Assembly (NCBI RefSeq): GCF_963921235.1
Contig: NC_086097.1
Span: forward strand, 254,264,001-254,328,000
Length of the DNA stretch: 64,000 bases
Direction: 5' to 3'
From: Mobula hypostoma
Taxonomy: Eukaryota
Part shown: one piece after another, positions 51,810 through 64,000 of the stretch
Layout of the letters: every line of letters begins with the position of its first letter
Position numbering within the stretch: position 1 is the stretch's first letter
The notes under the pieces: model-generated
What the model was told of the DNA's origin: nothing
The model's input: the letters and a program-made list of their open reading frames with translations, nothing else
The model's database searches: none
Position numbers and translations under genes: made by a program

Positions 51810-52736
51810 AGGTGTCCTATTGTGTCATGTTCCAACAGCCAGAATCACTTGAAAATTCAGTTACAGAATAAATATACTGAAGACAAAAGCCGCAATAACA
51901 GGGTAACAGACTTCAAAGAATAGCCACGTACCATTATAACAAACTCATCAGTGCTAATTGTATGCCCACCACCTCTGAATCAAACCACAAAGAACATGTT
52001 TCATTACCTAAACCTGTCTTTACATTCCCTCAGAATATGTTTAATGATTATAGTTCAACATCTGCTGTAAACAGAAATTAAGAAGAGCCATGATCTAAGC
52101 ATGCCTAACATCGTCATACTAACCACTCACTTGCTGCATGAGGAAAAAACAAGGTTTATACATGCCCAGTCTATCACCAAAACTCCTTAAAGTAACCAGT
52201 GGCTTCATTGCTTTGCAGTTGCTGGGTCTCTGTGCATAACAAATAGGGGCGAGGGAATCTCATTAAAACCTATTGAATATTGATGGTGGACATGGAGAGG
52301 ATGTTTCCTATAGTGAGGGGGTCTAGAACCAGAGCCAGAATAGAGGAATATCCCTCAGAAATCAGAGGTGCAAATGGCCTAAGAGTTGTTTTGCAGGATT
52401 CCCTAAAGGATAATTTGTAGGGAGAGTCAGTGTTGAAGGCAATTGCAATGTTAGCATTCATTTCAAGATGATAACTAGAATACAAACAAAGGGATGTAAT
52501 GCTGCAGCTTTATAAGGCATTGATCAGAGTGTAGATGGAGTACTGTGAGCAGTTTTGGGCCCTTATTTAAGAAAAGATGTGCTGGCATTGGAGAGGATCT
52601 AAAGGAGGTTCACAAGAATGATTCTGGGAATGAAAAGGTTATTGTATGAGGAGTATTTAATGGCTCAAGGCCTGTACTCACTGGAATTTAGAAGAATGAG
52701 GGGGAGACCTCTTTGAAACCTATCGAATATTATAAG

Positions 52737-53322
52737 TGTAACACTCGCTTCGCCTGGCTTAATCTAGGGGGTGATAATCCCCTTTCCCGGCCAAATTTAA
52801 TAAATCTCGTTTGGGTGGATGCTACGTGATGTGTCCCCTGTGCTAAATCAGTACCCAGAAATAACAAACAGGACACAATATGCGGTTAAGCGATTAAGAT
52901 TTATAACTCTTACTTTGACTATGTGGTTAGTAGAGAAACAAAATATAAAAGAAAAAGGCGCCAATCTTATGAAATATTCTGTGCACAGATCGTTGGAGCT
53001 CACTCAGCAAGATCTTCTTTCCACCATTCGATCTCCTCAGTGCGTTGCTGACCCCCAGACTCCTCCCCAGAGTCCACCCGGTCAGGCGGCTCACCGACTC
53101 GCTCAAGTCGCGTCTCCTCTCTTCATTCCCCTTGCGCCTTCTGGCAAAAGCCTGCGAAAACCAACAGCTTTCAGACACAAAGAAAGAATAACATTCCCCC
53201 CATCGGATAGTCACCCATTATCTCTAGTTATAACCCAAACATTGCTGCTACAGAGAAACCATTACCTCATCAGTTAACATTACAGAGAAACTAGCAGTTA
53301 ACATTACAGAGAAGCCCTTACA
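52737..53322 (-). repeat. 3' LTR
   Basis: Direct repeat of 56537-57102; adjacent to the polypurine tract. Confidence 0.95.
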
Positions 53323-53332
53323 CTCTCCCCCC
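53323..53332 (-). other. Polypurine tract
   Basis: GGGGGGAGAG abutting the 3' LTR. Confidence 0.85.
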
Positions 53333-55325
53333 ACCAAATTTAGTCATGTCCTCATGATGTTGAGATAATTCACCAACCCTTCCTGCAAACACAAAACGCA
53401 ATCCAGGTGCAGAAAGCAGTGACACAGCTTCCCAAACAGTAGGTATCACGCCCTGTCCCCCAGACGCTACATAGGCCACCCTATCCACTGGTTTCTTAAT
53501 TTCCTGAGACCTCCATACCCCCTCACCTAACTCTTCAAGCTCAGATGCTACTGGGGATACTTCGAGTCTGCTTGACGAAACCTCCCTCAATCTATCACTC
53601 AGGCCCCCCGACAACTCAGAGCCCCCTGTTTCGTGTCCAGGCCCCGCTTCCTCTCCTCCAGGGTCCTGCGGTAACCCAGGCTGCCCACAGATAGCCCCCA
53701 CCCCACCTCAACTGACTCAGTGGGAGAAAGGCCAGGAGTCTCTTCCTCAAACAATGGGAAGTTAGCAAAAGGCAGAATGTACCACACATCCAGCTCGTTG
53801 TCCTCCGAATCAGTATTCCTCTCCTTTTCCTCTGCCCTCACGGTGATGGCAAACTGACACATGGCCTTCACCCCAGGGGCAGGAACGCTCTCCCACTCCT
53901 CGTCCATGTCCGGTCCCTCACGCACCCGTCGGGACAAAGCATCCGCATCAATGTTTCGGCTCCCCGGCCGGTACTTCAGGCTGAAATCATAGGCAGACAA
54001 CGCTGCCAACCACCCGTGGCTCGTGGCATCCAGTTTCACCGAGGTCAGGATATGAGTTAGCGGGTTGTTGTCCGTCCTCACCTCAAACTTGGCCCCGTAG
54101 AGATAGTCACTCAGCTCATCCACCACTGCCCATTTCAATGCCAGGAATTCCAACTTGTGCACGGGATAATTTCTCCCAGAGGGCGACAAACTCCGGCTGA
54201 CAAACGCCACAAGCGTCAACCCGGTGCCCTGATCCTGATACAGGATGCCCCCTCAACCTTCTCGGCTGCCATCCATGTGCAGTACACGCGACAATCGGGG
54301 GTCTGCAAAAACCAGCACCGGCACCTGGGTCAGCAACCCCTTCAGTGACTGAAAAGCCTCCTCACATTTTACATCCCACCTCTGTCCAAAGGGCTCCGAT
54401 GGGTTTAAATATTCTCCACCCTCCAGTCCTTTCTTCCCCCTCCCTTTCTTCCCCAAGCAAGGGTAACCACACAGAAGTTGATTCAAGGGGTGACTCACTT
54501 TGGCGTAGCCCTTCATGAATCTCCAATAATAACCACAGAACCCCAGGAACGAGCGCAGAACGCTCACAGTCTGGGGCCTTTGGCAGACCTGGCACTTGTC
54601 CAGGGAAAGTTTTAACCCTTCAGCCTCCAAGCGGCCGAGCACCTGCAGTAGCCTTACTTCATGTTCATCCAAGGTAGATCCAAATACACCAAGACGTCAA
54701 GCAAGTTCATACCCCCCACCGCCTTCTCCATGCCCTGCTGGAGGGTTGCAGGGGCTCCTGATATGCCCTGGGGCATCTTTTCGAACTGGAAGAATCCCAG
54801 GGGACATATAAATGCCACCTTCTCTTAGTCAGCCTCACTCCTCGGGATCTGGTAATATCGACTTCTCAGATCCAGCACATTAAATCACTTTGCACCACTC
54901 AGACAGACCAGCGCGTCTTCGACCCTTGGGACTGCATACTGGTCAGATGCGAGTCCTATAGTCCACACACATGCGTACCTTCCCATTCTTCTTCTGGGTC
55001 ACTACTATTGGGGATGCACAGGGGCTTCGGGACTCAGCGATGATCCCAATTTCCTTCAACTCACACAAATACTGCCGCACGTCTTCCACGTCTGCAGGGA
55101 TCAGTCGCCGCAACCTCTCCCCAAATGGGGTGTCCTCAGTGGTCAACTTTTCCCCCTCGTGATATTCCGGAGCGTCCACTAAGAGGACTTTGCCCTCAGA
55201 CACTCCAGGAAATTTTAGAGTCCCCATCACTCTCGCTACTTCCCTGGGCCATACCACCATTGGCTTCGACTGGGTGAACCACACAGTCCCTCGTTTAAAT
55301 TCGGTTCCCGGCCCAATGCTGCCAA

Positions 55326-55388
55326 GGTGCAGGCTCGAAGGGCCGAATGGTCTACTTCTGCACCTATTGTCTATTAACTATTGTCTAT
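55326..55388 (+). mobile_element. CR1 tail (~60 bp) inserted in the Gypsy pol region
   Basis: GGTGCAGGCTCGAAGGGCCGAATGG...CTATTGTCTAT, as at 35512-35550. Confidence 0.8.
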
Positions 55389-56515
55389 AAGCACGTCCTC
55401 AAAAGCAGCTCAAAACACTGGTTGCCTGAACAGTATTCCCAAACAGCTCTCACCAGCCGCCTTCTTGCAGACCCCCATGAGCATCCTCACAAGGTGGGTG
55501 TTGGTCCCTTCCAGAATCAAAATGCCACCCGTCTCAACAGGGTCCGAACAAATCAGCACTAATGATTCCAGAACCTCAGATACCCACACATCGGCCTCCG
55601 AGAACTCCAGTTCCACTGACCAATAACCAATGTAGGGATAACCACCAGCACTGCTACCCCAAATCTCCAGTGCCCTGAATGGCGTCAAGGGTAAATGCTT
55701 CAGATACCGGTTGTATAGCGATCGGTACAGTAACTTGACCTGCGACCCGGTGTCGAGTATGGCTTTAGCATAGATTCCTTCTATCCGTAGTGACAGGCTG
55801 GAGTGTGGTCCCACTAAACATTCAGGAATGGGGTCTTTTGCTTTCGGGAGTTCCTTGGTACAATGCTGGGAACGTGTTCCCCCAGAGACACCAGGCCGTC
55901 CCTCAGTGGGTCTCTGCTAAGTTTCCCAACACCTCTCCCCGCTTAGATACCCACAGGCTTACTCTCCAAGGGGCTTCCTGCTGCTCACATTCCCGCCGGA
56001 AGTGTCCCTCTTCCCCACAGTTATAGCACACGCTACCGGCTGCCCCTCTTCCTGCAGAACCCCAGCCGCCCGCAGCCTTCTGCGTACTCCGTCCCCTTGG
56101 CGGGGGGGGCGCCTCTTTACCAGTCCTATCATACAGAGGGTCCACACCTGCTGTTAACACCCGGGACATCTCAGTTCTAAGCTCTGCCACTTCCCCAGAA
56201 CTCAGTTCCGGCAGCTGCCTGTCAGGCCATGGCCCCGCCTCACCTGGGTCACCAATAGGCGCTGGCAGTCCCACCGCTGTTACGTCAGCGCTAGTCTGAA
56301 CTAGAACAAGGTCTCAGCCCGCCATTTTATCAAACTTTCGCACTACGATTTCAACTTTGCCACCAGCTTTAACCATACTCAGAAATCGAATTAACAGTTC
56401 ATCCGGGGTATGAATATCCACCCCACTCAACGTGCACACATTACTAACCACAATCCCACAGAGGTACACCAGCACTGATTTAAACAGGGCAATCAAACAG
56501 CATCCAGCGGAATCA

Positions 56516-56533
56516 ATCCCGGACGAGCCCCCA
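56516..56533 (-). other. Primer-binding site for tRNA-Pro
   Basis: TGGGGGCTCGTCCGGGAT, 3 nt from the 5' LTR. Confidence 0.92.
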
Positions 56534-56536
56534 CAT

Positions 56537-57102
56537 TGTAACACTCACTTTGTCTAGCGGCTTAATCTAGGGGGTGATAACCCCCTTTCCCGGCCAAACT
56601 TAATAAATCTCGTTTGGGTGGATGCTGCGTGATGTGTCCCCCGTGCCAAATCAGTACCCAGAAATAACAAACAGTAGACAATATGTGGTTAAACAATTAA
56701 GATTTATAACTCTTACTTTGACTATGTGGTTAGTAGAGAAACAAAATATAAAAGAAAAAGGTGCCAATAGTCATTAAACAGTCTGTGCACAAATCGTTGG
56801 AGCTCACTCAGCAAGATCTTCTTTCCACCATTCGATCTCCTCGGTGCGTCGCTGACCCCCAGACTCCTCCCCAGAGTCCACCTGGTCGGGCAGCTCACCG
56901 ACTCTCTCAAGTCGCGTCTCCTCTCTTCATTCCCCTCGCGCCTTCCGGCAAAAGCCTGCGAAACGAACAGCTTTCAGACGCAGAAGAAAGAATAACATTT
57001 CCCCCATCGGATAGTCGCCCGTTATCTCCAGTTATATCCCAAACATTGCTGCTACAGAGAAATCATTACCTCATCAGTTAACATTACAGAGAAGCCCTTA
57101 CA
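56537..57102 (-). repeat. 5' LTR
   Basis: TG..CA ends, adjacent to the PBS. Confidence 0.95.
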
Positions 57103-58069
57103 TAAGGCCTGGATAGAGTGAATGTGGAAAATGTGCTAAAGTGGGAGAGTCTAGGACCTGAGAGCACAGCCTCAGCATTGAGGGACATCCATTTGAAACA
57201 GAGATGAGAGGAATTTCTTCAGGCAATGGATGGTGAATCTGTGGAATTCAATGTCACAGACGGCTGTGAACGCCAAGTCATTGGGTGTATTTAAAGTGGA
57301 GGGTGTTATGTTCTTGATTAATCAGGGCTTCAAAGCTTACAGGGAGAAGGCAGGAGAATGGGGTTGAGAGGGATAATAAATCAGCCATGATGGAATAGAG
57401 GAGCAGACTGGATGGGCCAAATGACCTAATTTTGCTCCTGTGTGTTATGGTCTTAGTTCCTTCCCTCCAGTCCAATGTGGATTCTCTCTTTGAATCGATA
57501 AAAGTGAGGGCTATGGCCAGTGGCACTAAGCAGATTACTAATTTGGCATGAACTAGATGGGCCAGAGGGCCTCTTTCTGTGATGTAGTGTTGGATGACTC
57601 TATATATCAAAAACCATTATTCACTGCCAAAAGTTAATGAATTACCAGGCCACCACTGATCCATGAGATTATCGTACATCCAAGTGATCCATTACTGAAT
57701 CAGTTGATGAAATTCTGGCATTTTGTGTGTTACTCCTGATCTAAAGCATCTGTATATCTCTTGTGATTATCAATGTTCTGATAACTACTTTTACATGACC
57801 AGCTTCAGATTAATTTCTTGATTGACAATGTTTATTTGGTAACAAGACAAATACCACAGATTGAGTCAATATAAATTTATTAAAAGCTGCAGATCTCTCA
57901 TAATTCCAGGCACATTTTCAGAGCTTTGGTTATTTCCCTGTGTTCTGCCTTGTGCCATGTTTGCACACACGACGGCTGCATTCTGACAGGGCTTAGCATT
58001 CCAGAACATTTGTATATCCACCCTACCAATTGTTCACACATTAGAAAGCTACAGCTACAGTAGCAAGAT

Positions 58070-58400
58070 AGTAGGGATAAACTCCCACTACCAATGATGT
58101 ACATCTCAAACAGCCTCTGACAACCAAGTCCAACTCCTGGACTTCACATGTGACGCAGCTACTTAGCCCAGCGGAACCGTTTCTACTGAGAGAAGAGGCA
58201 AAGACAGGTTACAAAGAGGCAAAGACAGGTTACAAAGAGGCAAAAACAGTCGCCTTGGGCAGATGGGGCTCAAGAGCTGTGTTTGGCAGCTCATCTAGAA
58301 GGAAAACTCTGATCTCAAGCCTCTGCTGCCTTGTAGCTACACCAACTAAAAGTAAAGGCTTCTGGAGTAAACACCAAGGAAAAATCCGGAGCTGGATTTC
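58070..58400 (+). mobile_element. Probable RTE-type 5' UTR fragment with an internal 21-bp tandem duplication
   Basis: AAGAGGCAAAGACAGGTTACA repeated ~2.5 times at 58194-58250. Family call is from recollection. Confidence 0.4.
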
Positions 58401-58420
58401 TGAAGGCAGGCCTATGAGGG

Positions 58421-58911
58421 GAGGGGGAGCCTGTCTCAGGGAGAGGGGGGAGTCTGTCACAGGGAGAGGGGAGTCTGTCACAGGGAGAGGGTGGAGTCTG
58501 TCACAGGGAGAGGGGGAGTCTGTCACAGGGAGAGGGGGAGTCTGTCACAGGGAGAGGGGGGAGCCTGTCACAGGGAGAGGGGGAGTCTGTTACATGGAGA
58601 GGGGGGAGCCTGTCACAGGGAGAGGGGGAGTCTGTCACAGGGAGAGGGGGGAGCCTGTCACAGGGAGAGGGGGGAGCCTGTCACAGGGAGAGGGGGAGTC
58701 TGTCACAGGGAGAGGGGGAGTCTGTCACAGGGAGAGGGGGAGCCTGTCTCAGGGAGAGGGGAGTCTGTCACAGGGAGAGGGAGGAGCCTGTCACAGGGAG
58801 AGGGGGGAGCCTGTCACAGGGAGAGGGGGAGCCTGTCACAGGGAGAGGGGGGAGCCTGTCACAGGGAGAGGGGGGAGCCTGTCACAGGGAGAGGGGGAGT
58901 CTGTTACATGG
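58421..58911. repeat. G-rich minisatellite, 20-23 bp unit, ~22 copies
   Basis: GAGYCTGTCACAGGGAGA(G)n. Confidence 0.97.
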
Positions 58912-59323
58912 GCAACAGCTTCCTCTCAGTATCATGCAAATCATATAGCTATCTAGAACTCAACATCCATGTTCGACCCCGACCAACCTCCACTGTTAAT
59001 TTCTAACTTTAGAGTAACGTCGCTGTTAATTTGACATTGTAATGGCATAATAAGTGATTGAATATTATCAGATGCATCACTAAGATTCATTTTCTTATGG
59101 GCATTTACAAGAAAGTAAAGAAATAGAATAGAATTTATTAACAACTCTACATCAGCAAAGACTAACAAACAGCCGGTGTGCAAAGGAAGATAAATTATAC
59201 AAATAGATAAAGGCTGTCTGTTGTAATTTCACACAGAAAGTTGTTCATTCCAATAAAGTAGAAAAGCAAATAATATATGATAGGAAATTCCTATTTAATA
59301 ATTGTTTTTGGTTGTGCTGTCAG

Positions 59324-59388
59324 GTTTTGGCTGCATGCATGTCATTGGCTGTCTTTCAGTCTGATTTGAATATTGCGACAAGTTGCTG
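59324..59388 (+). CDS. Candidate exon D, followed by a 108-nt intron (59389-59496) and a further exon from 59497
   Basis: Acceptor tgctgtcag, donor TG|gtaagt, next acceptor ttttcctttcctgtctgtag. Confidence 0.4.
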
Positions 59389-59649
59389 GTAAGTAAATAA
59401 TTCATTGCCTCGATACATTTAGGATCTTGCTAACAGTTATTATGTGTGTAAATTATAAATTGTGGTTGACGTAAGGTTTTCCTTTCCTGTCTGTAGGTCC
59501 ATATTACTGCAGATGTTTATACGGCAAATCTTGTAGTGTCAGAGAGCACTACAGTAGCCCACCTGGTCCATTTTGCCCAGTCCATCAACCTGCACCTGGA
59601 CCATAGTGATAATCCCAATGTGTCCGAGAGTCATAGAGAGGTGTAGCAC

Positions 59650-60690
59650 AGAATGGCGGGCAGTGACTAGTGGGATACCGCAAGGCTCAGTGCTGGGAGC
59701 CCAGTTGTTTACAATATATATTAATGACTTGGATGAGGGAATTAAATGCAGCATCTCCAAGTTTGCGGATGACACGAAGCTGGGCGGCAGTGTTAGCTGT
59801 GAGGAGGATGCTAAGAGGATGCAGGGTGACTTGGATAGGTTGGGTGAGTGGGCAAATTCATGGCAGATGCAATTTAATGTGGATAAATGTGAAGTTATCC
59901 ACTTTGCTGGCAAAAATAGGAAAACAGATTATTATCTGAATGGTGGCCGATTAGGAAAAGGGGAGGTGCAACGAGACCTGGGTGTCATTATACACCAGCC
60001 ATTGAAAGTGGGCATGCAGGTACAGCAGGCGGTGAAAAAGGCGAACGGTATGCTGGCATTTATAGCGAGAGGATTCGAGTACAGGAGCAGGGAGGTACTA
60101 CTGCAGTTGTACAAGGCCTTGGTGAGACCACACCTGGAGTATTGTGTGCAGTTTTGGTCCCCTAATCTGAGGAAAGACATCCTTGCCATAGAGGGAGTAC
60201 AAAGAAGGTTCACCAGATTGATTCCTGGGATGGCAGGACTTTCATATGAAGAAAGACTGGATGAACTGGGCTTGTACTCATTGGAATTTAGAAGATTGAG
60301 GGGGGATCTGATTGAAACGTATAAAATCCTAAAGGGATTGGACAGGCTAGATGCAGGAAGATCGTTCCCGATGTTGGGGAAGTCCAGAACGAGAGGTCAC
60401 AGTTTGAGGATAAAGGGGAAGCCTTTTAGGACTGAGATTAGGAAAAACTTCTTCACACAGAGAGTGGTGAATCTGTGGAATTCTCTGCCACAGGAAACAG
60501 TTGAGGCCAGTTCATTGGCTATGTTTAAGAGGGAGTTAGATATGGCCCTTGTGGCTACGGGGATCAGGGGGTATGGAGGGAAGGCTGGTGCAGGGTTCTG
60601 AGTTGGATGATCAGCCAAGATCATAATAAATGGCGGTGCAGGCTCGAAGGGCCGAATGGCCTACTCCTGCACCTATTTTCTATGTTTCTA
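59650..60690 (+). mobile_element. Young CR1 5'-truncated copy, same subfamily as CR1-D
   Basis: Open RT/C-terminal frame, near-identical to 34554-35574. Confidence 0.95.
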
Positions 60691-61109
60691 GAACCAGGCC
60701 CTTCGATCCATCTAGTCCATTCTGTCTCGTCCCATCGACCTGCACATGGACCATGGTAATATTGCAATGATGTTGTTGTCTTTACAAAAGTTAAACATGT
60801 GAGCAGGAGAGAGTTATCATCTCTCTGTTTTCTGATCTTGTTGGCCCCATCCCAGCTTTCTCAGTGCATAGGCTCTCAGAGCAACGCCTAGAGTCAGCTA
60901 ACAATATACCCTTGTGCTGATGAGCTGAGCTGCAAAGCTCAAACAGATCCACATAGACACTTCCCATTATAGATACTAAGGCCCTGTATGGGAGGTTGGA
61001 CCAAAACGTGCAATCACTTGGCATTCGAGATGAGATAGTAAATTGGATTATGTTGACTGGCTGCATCACAGCCTGGTATGGAAACACCAAAGCCCTTGAA
61101 CAGAAAATC

Positions 61110-61418
61110 CAAGACTGAATGCTCCTCTTGCGGGACGTGGGAAGGCAGAGAGACTTCCATTGTCCCTTACAACTTCACCTGCAGGAAGTGCATCGAGCTG
61201 AAGCTTCTAACACTCCATATTAAGGAGTTGGAACTGGAACTGGATGAATTCCAGATCATTTGGGAGGCTGAGGGGGTGATATTTAGGACATATGGGGAGG
61301 TAGTTACACCTAAGGTGTGAGACACAGGTGACTGGGTGACTGGAAGGGGTAAGGGTTTAAACAGCCACTGCGGAGAACCCTTGTCACCATCCCTCTCAAA
61401 AACAAGAATATACTTTGG
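61110..61418 (+). mobile_element. CR1 ORF1 fragment (zinc finger/leucine zipper)
   Basis: ECSSCGTW...TCRKCIELKLLTLHIKELELELDE. Confidence 0.8.
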
Positions 61419-62033
61419 TTAGACCATTAAGACCATAAAACATAGGAGCAGAATTAGTCCATTGAGTCTGCTCCACCATTCCATCATGGCTGATCCCAGA
61501 TCCCACTCAACCCCATACACCTACCATCTCGCTGTATTGTTTGATGTTCTGACTGATCAGGAAACTGTCAACTTCCGCCTTAAATGTACCCATGGACTTG
61601 GCTTCGACTGCAATCTGTGGCAGAGCATTCCATAGATTCACCACTCACTGGCTAAAAAAATCCTCCTTACTACCGTTGTAAAAGGTTGCCCCTCAATTCT
61701 GAGACTGTGCTGTCTAGTTCTGGATGCCCCCACCATAGGAAACATCCTCTCCACATACACCCTATCTACTCCTTTCAGCATTCAGAAGGTTTCAATGAGA
61801 TACTCCCCCCACTTCCCCCGCATTCTTCTAAATTCCACTGAGTACAGGCCCGAAGCTGTCAAATGCTCCTCATATCTTAACTCCTTCCTTCCCGGAATCA
61901 TCCTCATGAACCTCCTCTGAACTCTCCAATGACAACACGTCCTTTCTGACAGATGAACATATGGGGCCCAAAACTTTTGACAATACTTCAAGAGCGGCCT
62001 GACTAGTGTCTTACAAATGCTCAGCATTATCTC

Positions 62034-63817
62034 AGAATCCGGTTTATTATCACCGGCATGTGTTGTGAAATTTGTTAACTTAGCAGCAGCAGTTCAATAC
62101 AATAAATAATATAGAAGAGTGGAAAAAATACCAAATAAATAAGTCAATTACAGTATATGGATATTGAATAGATTAAAAATTGTGCAAATAAACAGAAATA
62201 ATATATATCAAGAAAGTGAGGTAGTGTTCATGGGTTCAGTGTCCATTTTGGAATTGGATGGCAGAGGGGGAAAAGTTGTTCCCGCATCGCTGAGTGTGTG
62301 CCTTCAGACTTCTGTATCTCCTACCTGATGTGGTGGTGGCATCCGTTAGTCTCGCGAGGCCATGCATCTGTGCCTGGAAAGTCTTGCTTCAGTCTGTGTT
62401 AGAGCAGCGTCTGTTGTGGCTGTCGAGGCCCACACGGGAGTGACAGTCTTGGCTGCAGCGACTGCACTTGAAGGCGCTGTCCTCCAGAGTTGTCTTGGTG
62501 CTGTTTGTCCGATGACTACACTTTTCTTCAGCAGCAAGCCTCAGCTTCTCTTCTCCTCTTTTTAGACCTCTGCGTAGTTCCAGCCTCCAGTGAAAGCGAT
62601 TGCTTGCGATGTCCTCCCACCTCTCGACGTTCATGTTCAGTGACTTCATGTCTCTCTTGCAGACATCTTTGAAACTAAGATGTAACAGTGAGAAAAGGGC
62701 ATGCTCTTGGTACTGGAGGTCCTTAATAATGGCACTGCCTTTCTGAAGCACTGCTCCTTGAAGATGTCCTGGGTATTTTGTAGGCTAGTACCCAAGATGG
62801 AGCGGATTAAATTTACAACTCTCTGCAGCTTCTTTTGGTCCTGTGCAGTAGCCCAACCCCCCCCATACCAGACAGTGATGCAGTCTGTCAGAATGCTTCC
62901 CACGGTACATCTATAGAAGTGTTTGAGTGCTCTTGTTGGCGTGTCAAATCTCTTCAAACTCCTAAAGAAGCATAGTCACTGTCCTGCCTTCTTTATAACT
63001 GCATCGATATGTTCAGACCAATTTAGGTCCTCAGAGATCTTGACACCAAGGAACTTGAAGCTGCTCACTCTCTCCACTTCTGATCCCTCTATGAGGATTG
63101 GTATGTGTTCCTTCGTCTTAACCTTCCTGAAGTCCACAATCAGCTCTTTCATCTTACTGAAGATGAGTGAAAGGTTGTTGCTGCGACTCCGCTCCACTAG
63201 TTGGCATATCTTGCTCCTGTACACCCTCTCATCTCCATCTCAGGTTCTGCCAACAATGGTTGTATTGTCAGCAAATTTATAGATGGTGTTTGAGGTATGC
63301 CTAGCCAACAGTCATGTGTATACAGAGAGTAGAGCAGTGGGCTAAGCACACATTCTTGAGGTGTGCCAGTGTTGATTGTCAGCGAGGAGGATATGTTAAC
63401 ACCAATCTGCACACATTGTGGTCTTCCAGTTAGGAAGTTGTGGATCCAATTGCAGAGGGAGGTACGGAGGCCCAGGTTCTGCAACTTCTCAATCAGGATT
63501 GTGGGAACAATGGTGTTAAATGCTGAGCTACAGTCGCTGAACAGCATCCTGACGTAGGTGTTTGTATTGTGCAGGTAGTCTAAAGCCTTGTGAAGAGCCT
63601 TTGCAATAGCATCTGCCGTTGACCTATTGTGGTGGTAGGCAAGTTGCAATAGATCTAGGTCCTTGCTGAGGCAGGAGTTCAGTCTAATCATGACCAACCA
63701 CTCAAAGCATTTCATCACTGTCGATGTGAGTGCAACCAGGCGATAGTCATTAAGGCAGCCCACATTATTCTTCTTAGAAACTAGTATAATTGTTGCCTTT
63801 TTGAAGCAAGTGGGAAC
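62034..63817 (-). mobile_element. Rex1/Babar-like LINE (RT to 3' end)
   Basis: [46 protein letters not shown]. Confidence 0.92.
62331..62678 (-). mobile_element. RTE 3' fragment nested in the Rex1-like LINE
   Basis: FKDVCKRDMK...FKCSRCSQDCHSRVGLDSH; (CCA)n tail; GATG on both sides. Confidence 0.85.
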
Positions 63818-64000
63818 TTTTATATTCTATTCCCCTTGAAATAAATGCCAATATCGTACTTGCCTTCTTTACCACAGACTCAACCTGTAAATGAATCTTC
63901 TGCGAATCTTGCACGAGGACTAAGTCTCTCTGGACCTCTGATGTTTGAACCTTCTCTCCATTTAGATAATAGTCTGCACTATTGTTCCTTTTACCAAAAT

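Larger units (their letters stand above)
52737..57102 (-). mobile_element. Ty3/Gypsy LTR retrotransposon, internally deleted
   Basis: Two TG..CA LTRs, TAAG TSD, CCHC knuckle CYNCGEEGHFRREC, protease [20 protein letters not shown], RNase H LEFLALKWAV..DNNPL..DADALSR. Confidence 0.97.
52270..57455 (+). mobile_element. Degraded CR1 3' part hosting the Gypsy insertion (52270-52736, 57103-57455)
   Basis: ETYRIL on the left continues into GLDRVNV on the right. Confidence 0.85.
61420..64000 (-). mobile_element. CR1 3' part (61420-62033 plus 63818-64000) split by a Rex1-like LINE
   Basis: LVRPLLKYC; CAGCATTATCTC joins TTTTATATTCTATTCCCC across the insert. Confidence 0.85.

Noticed and set aside
52819..53277. 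Duplicated small gene (also 56761-57081)
   Set aside because: Both ORFs lie inside the two LTRs.
52737..57102. Endogenous retrovirus or domesticated PNMA-like gene
   Set aside because: RT and RNase H motifs are Gypsy-type, there is no env, and the frames are broken.
58150..59006. Gly/Glu/Arg-rich proteins of 268 and 171 aa
   Set aside because: Translation of the G-rich minisatellite.
59324..59612. Selenoprotein or EGF-like reading (in-frame TGA, GPYYCRCLYG)
   Set aside because: No SECIS seen, cysteine spacing incomplete, and the downstream part runs into CR1 tail sequence.
1..64000. Prokaryotic RT systems (retron, DGR, group II intron)
   Set aside because: All RT motifs are eukaryotic non-LTR or Gypsy type and there is no operon structure.

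Overview
Eukaryotic, CpG-poor DNA, most of it transposon-derived. The repeat set (CR1 LINEs, Rex1/Babar-like and RTE LINEs, Penelope-like pieces, V-SINE/HE1-like SINEs, Tc1, a Gypsy LTR element) suggests a cartilaginous fish; this is inference. Nearly all long ORFs are fragments of retroelement proteins, often nested inside one another. No host gene could be named, but a few short + strand exon candidates may belong to one long-intron gene. The most unusual items are: an intron-containing tRNA-Tyr pseudogene joined to a CR1 3' fragment; short fold-back insertions built from the Penelope hammerhead-ribozyme terminus and flanked by target-site duplications (TSDs); a 48-bp minisatellite that repeats a candidate splice donor 19 times; a Gypsy element with a tRNA-Pro primer-binding site (PBS) but no recognisable capsid or integrase; and two independent insertions at the same site of the CR1 3' tail. 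Coordinates were read by eye. Element ends without a stated TSD are approximate.
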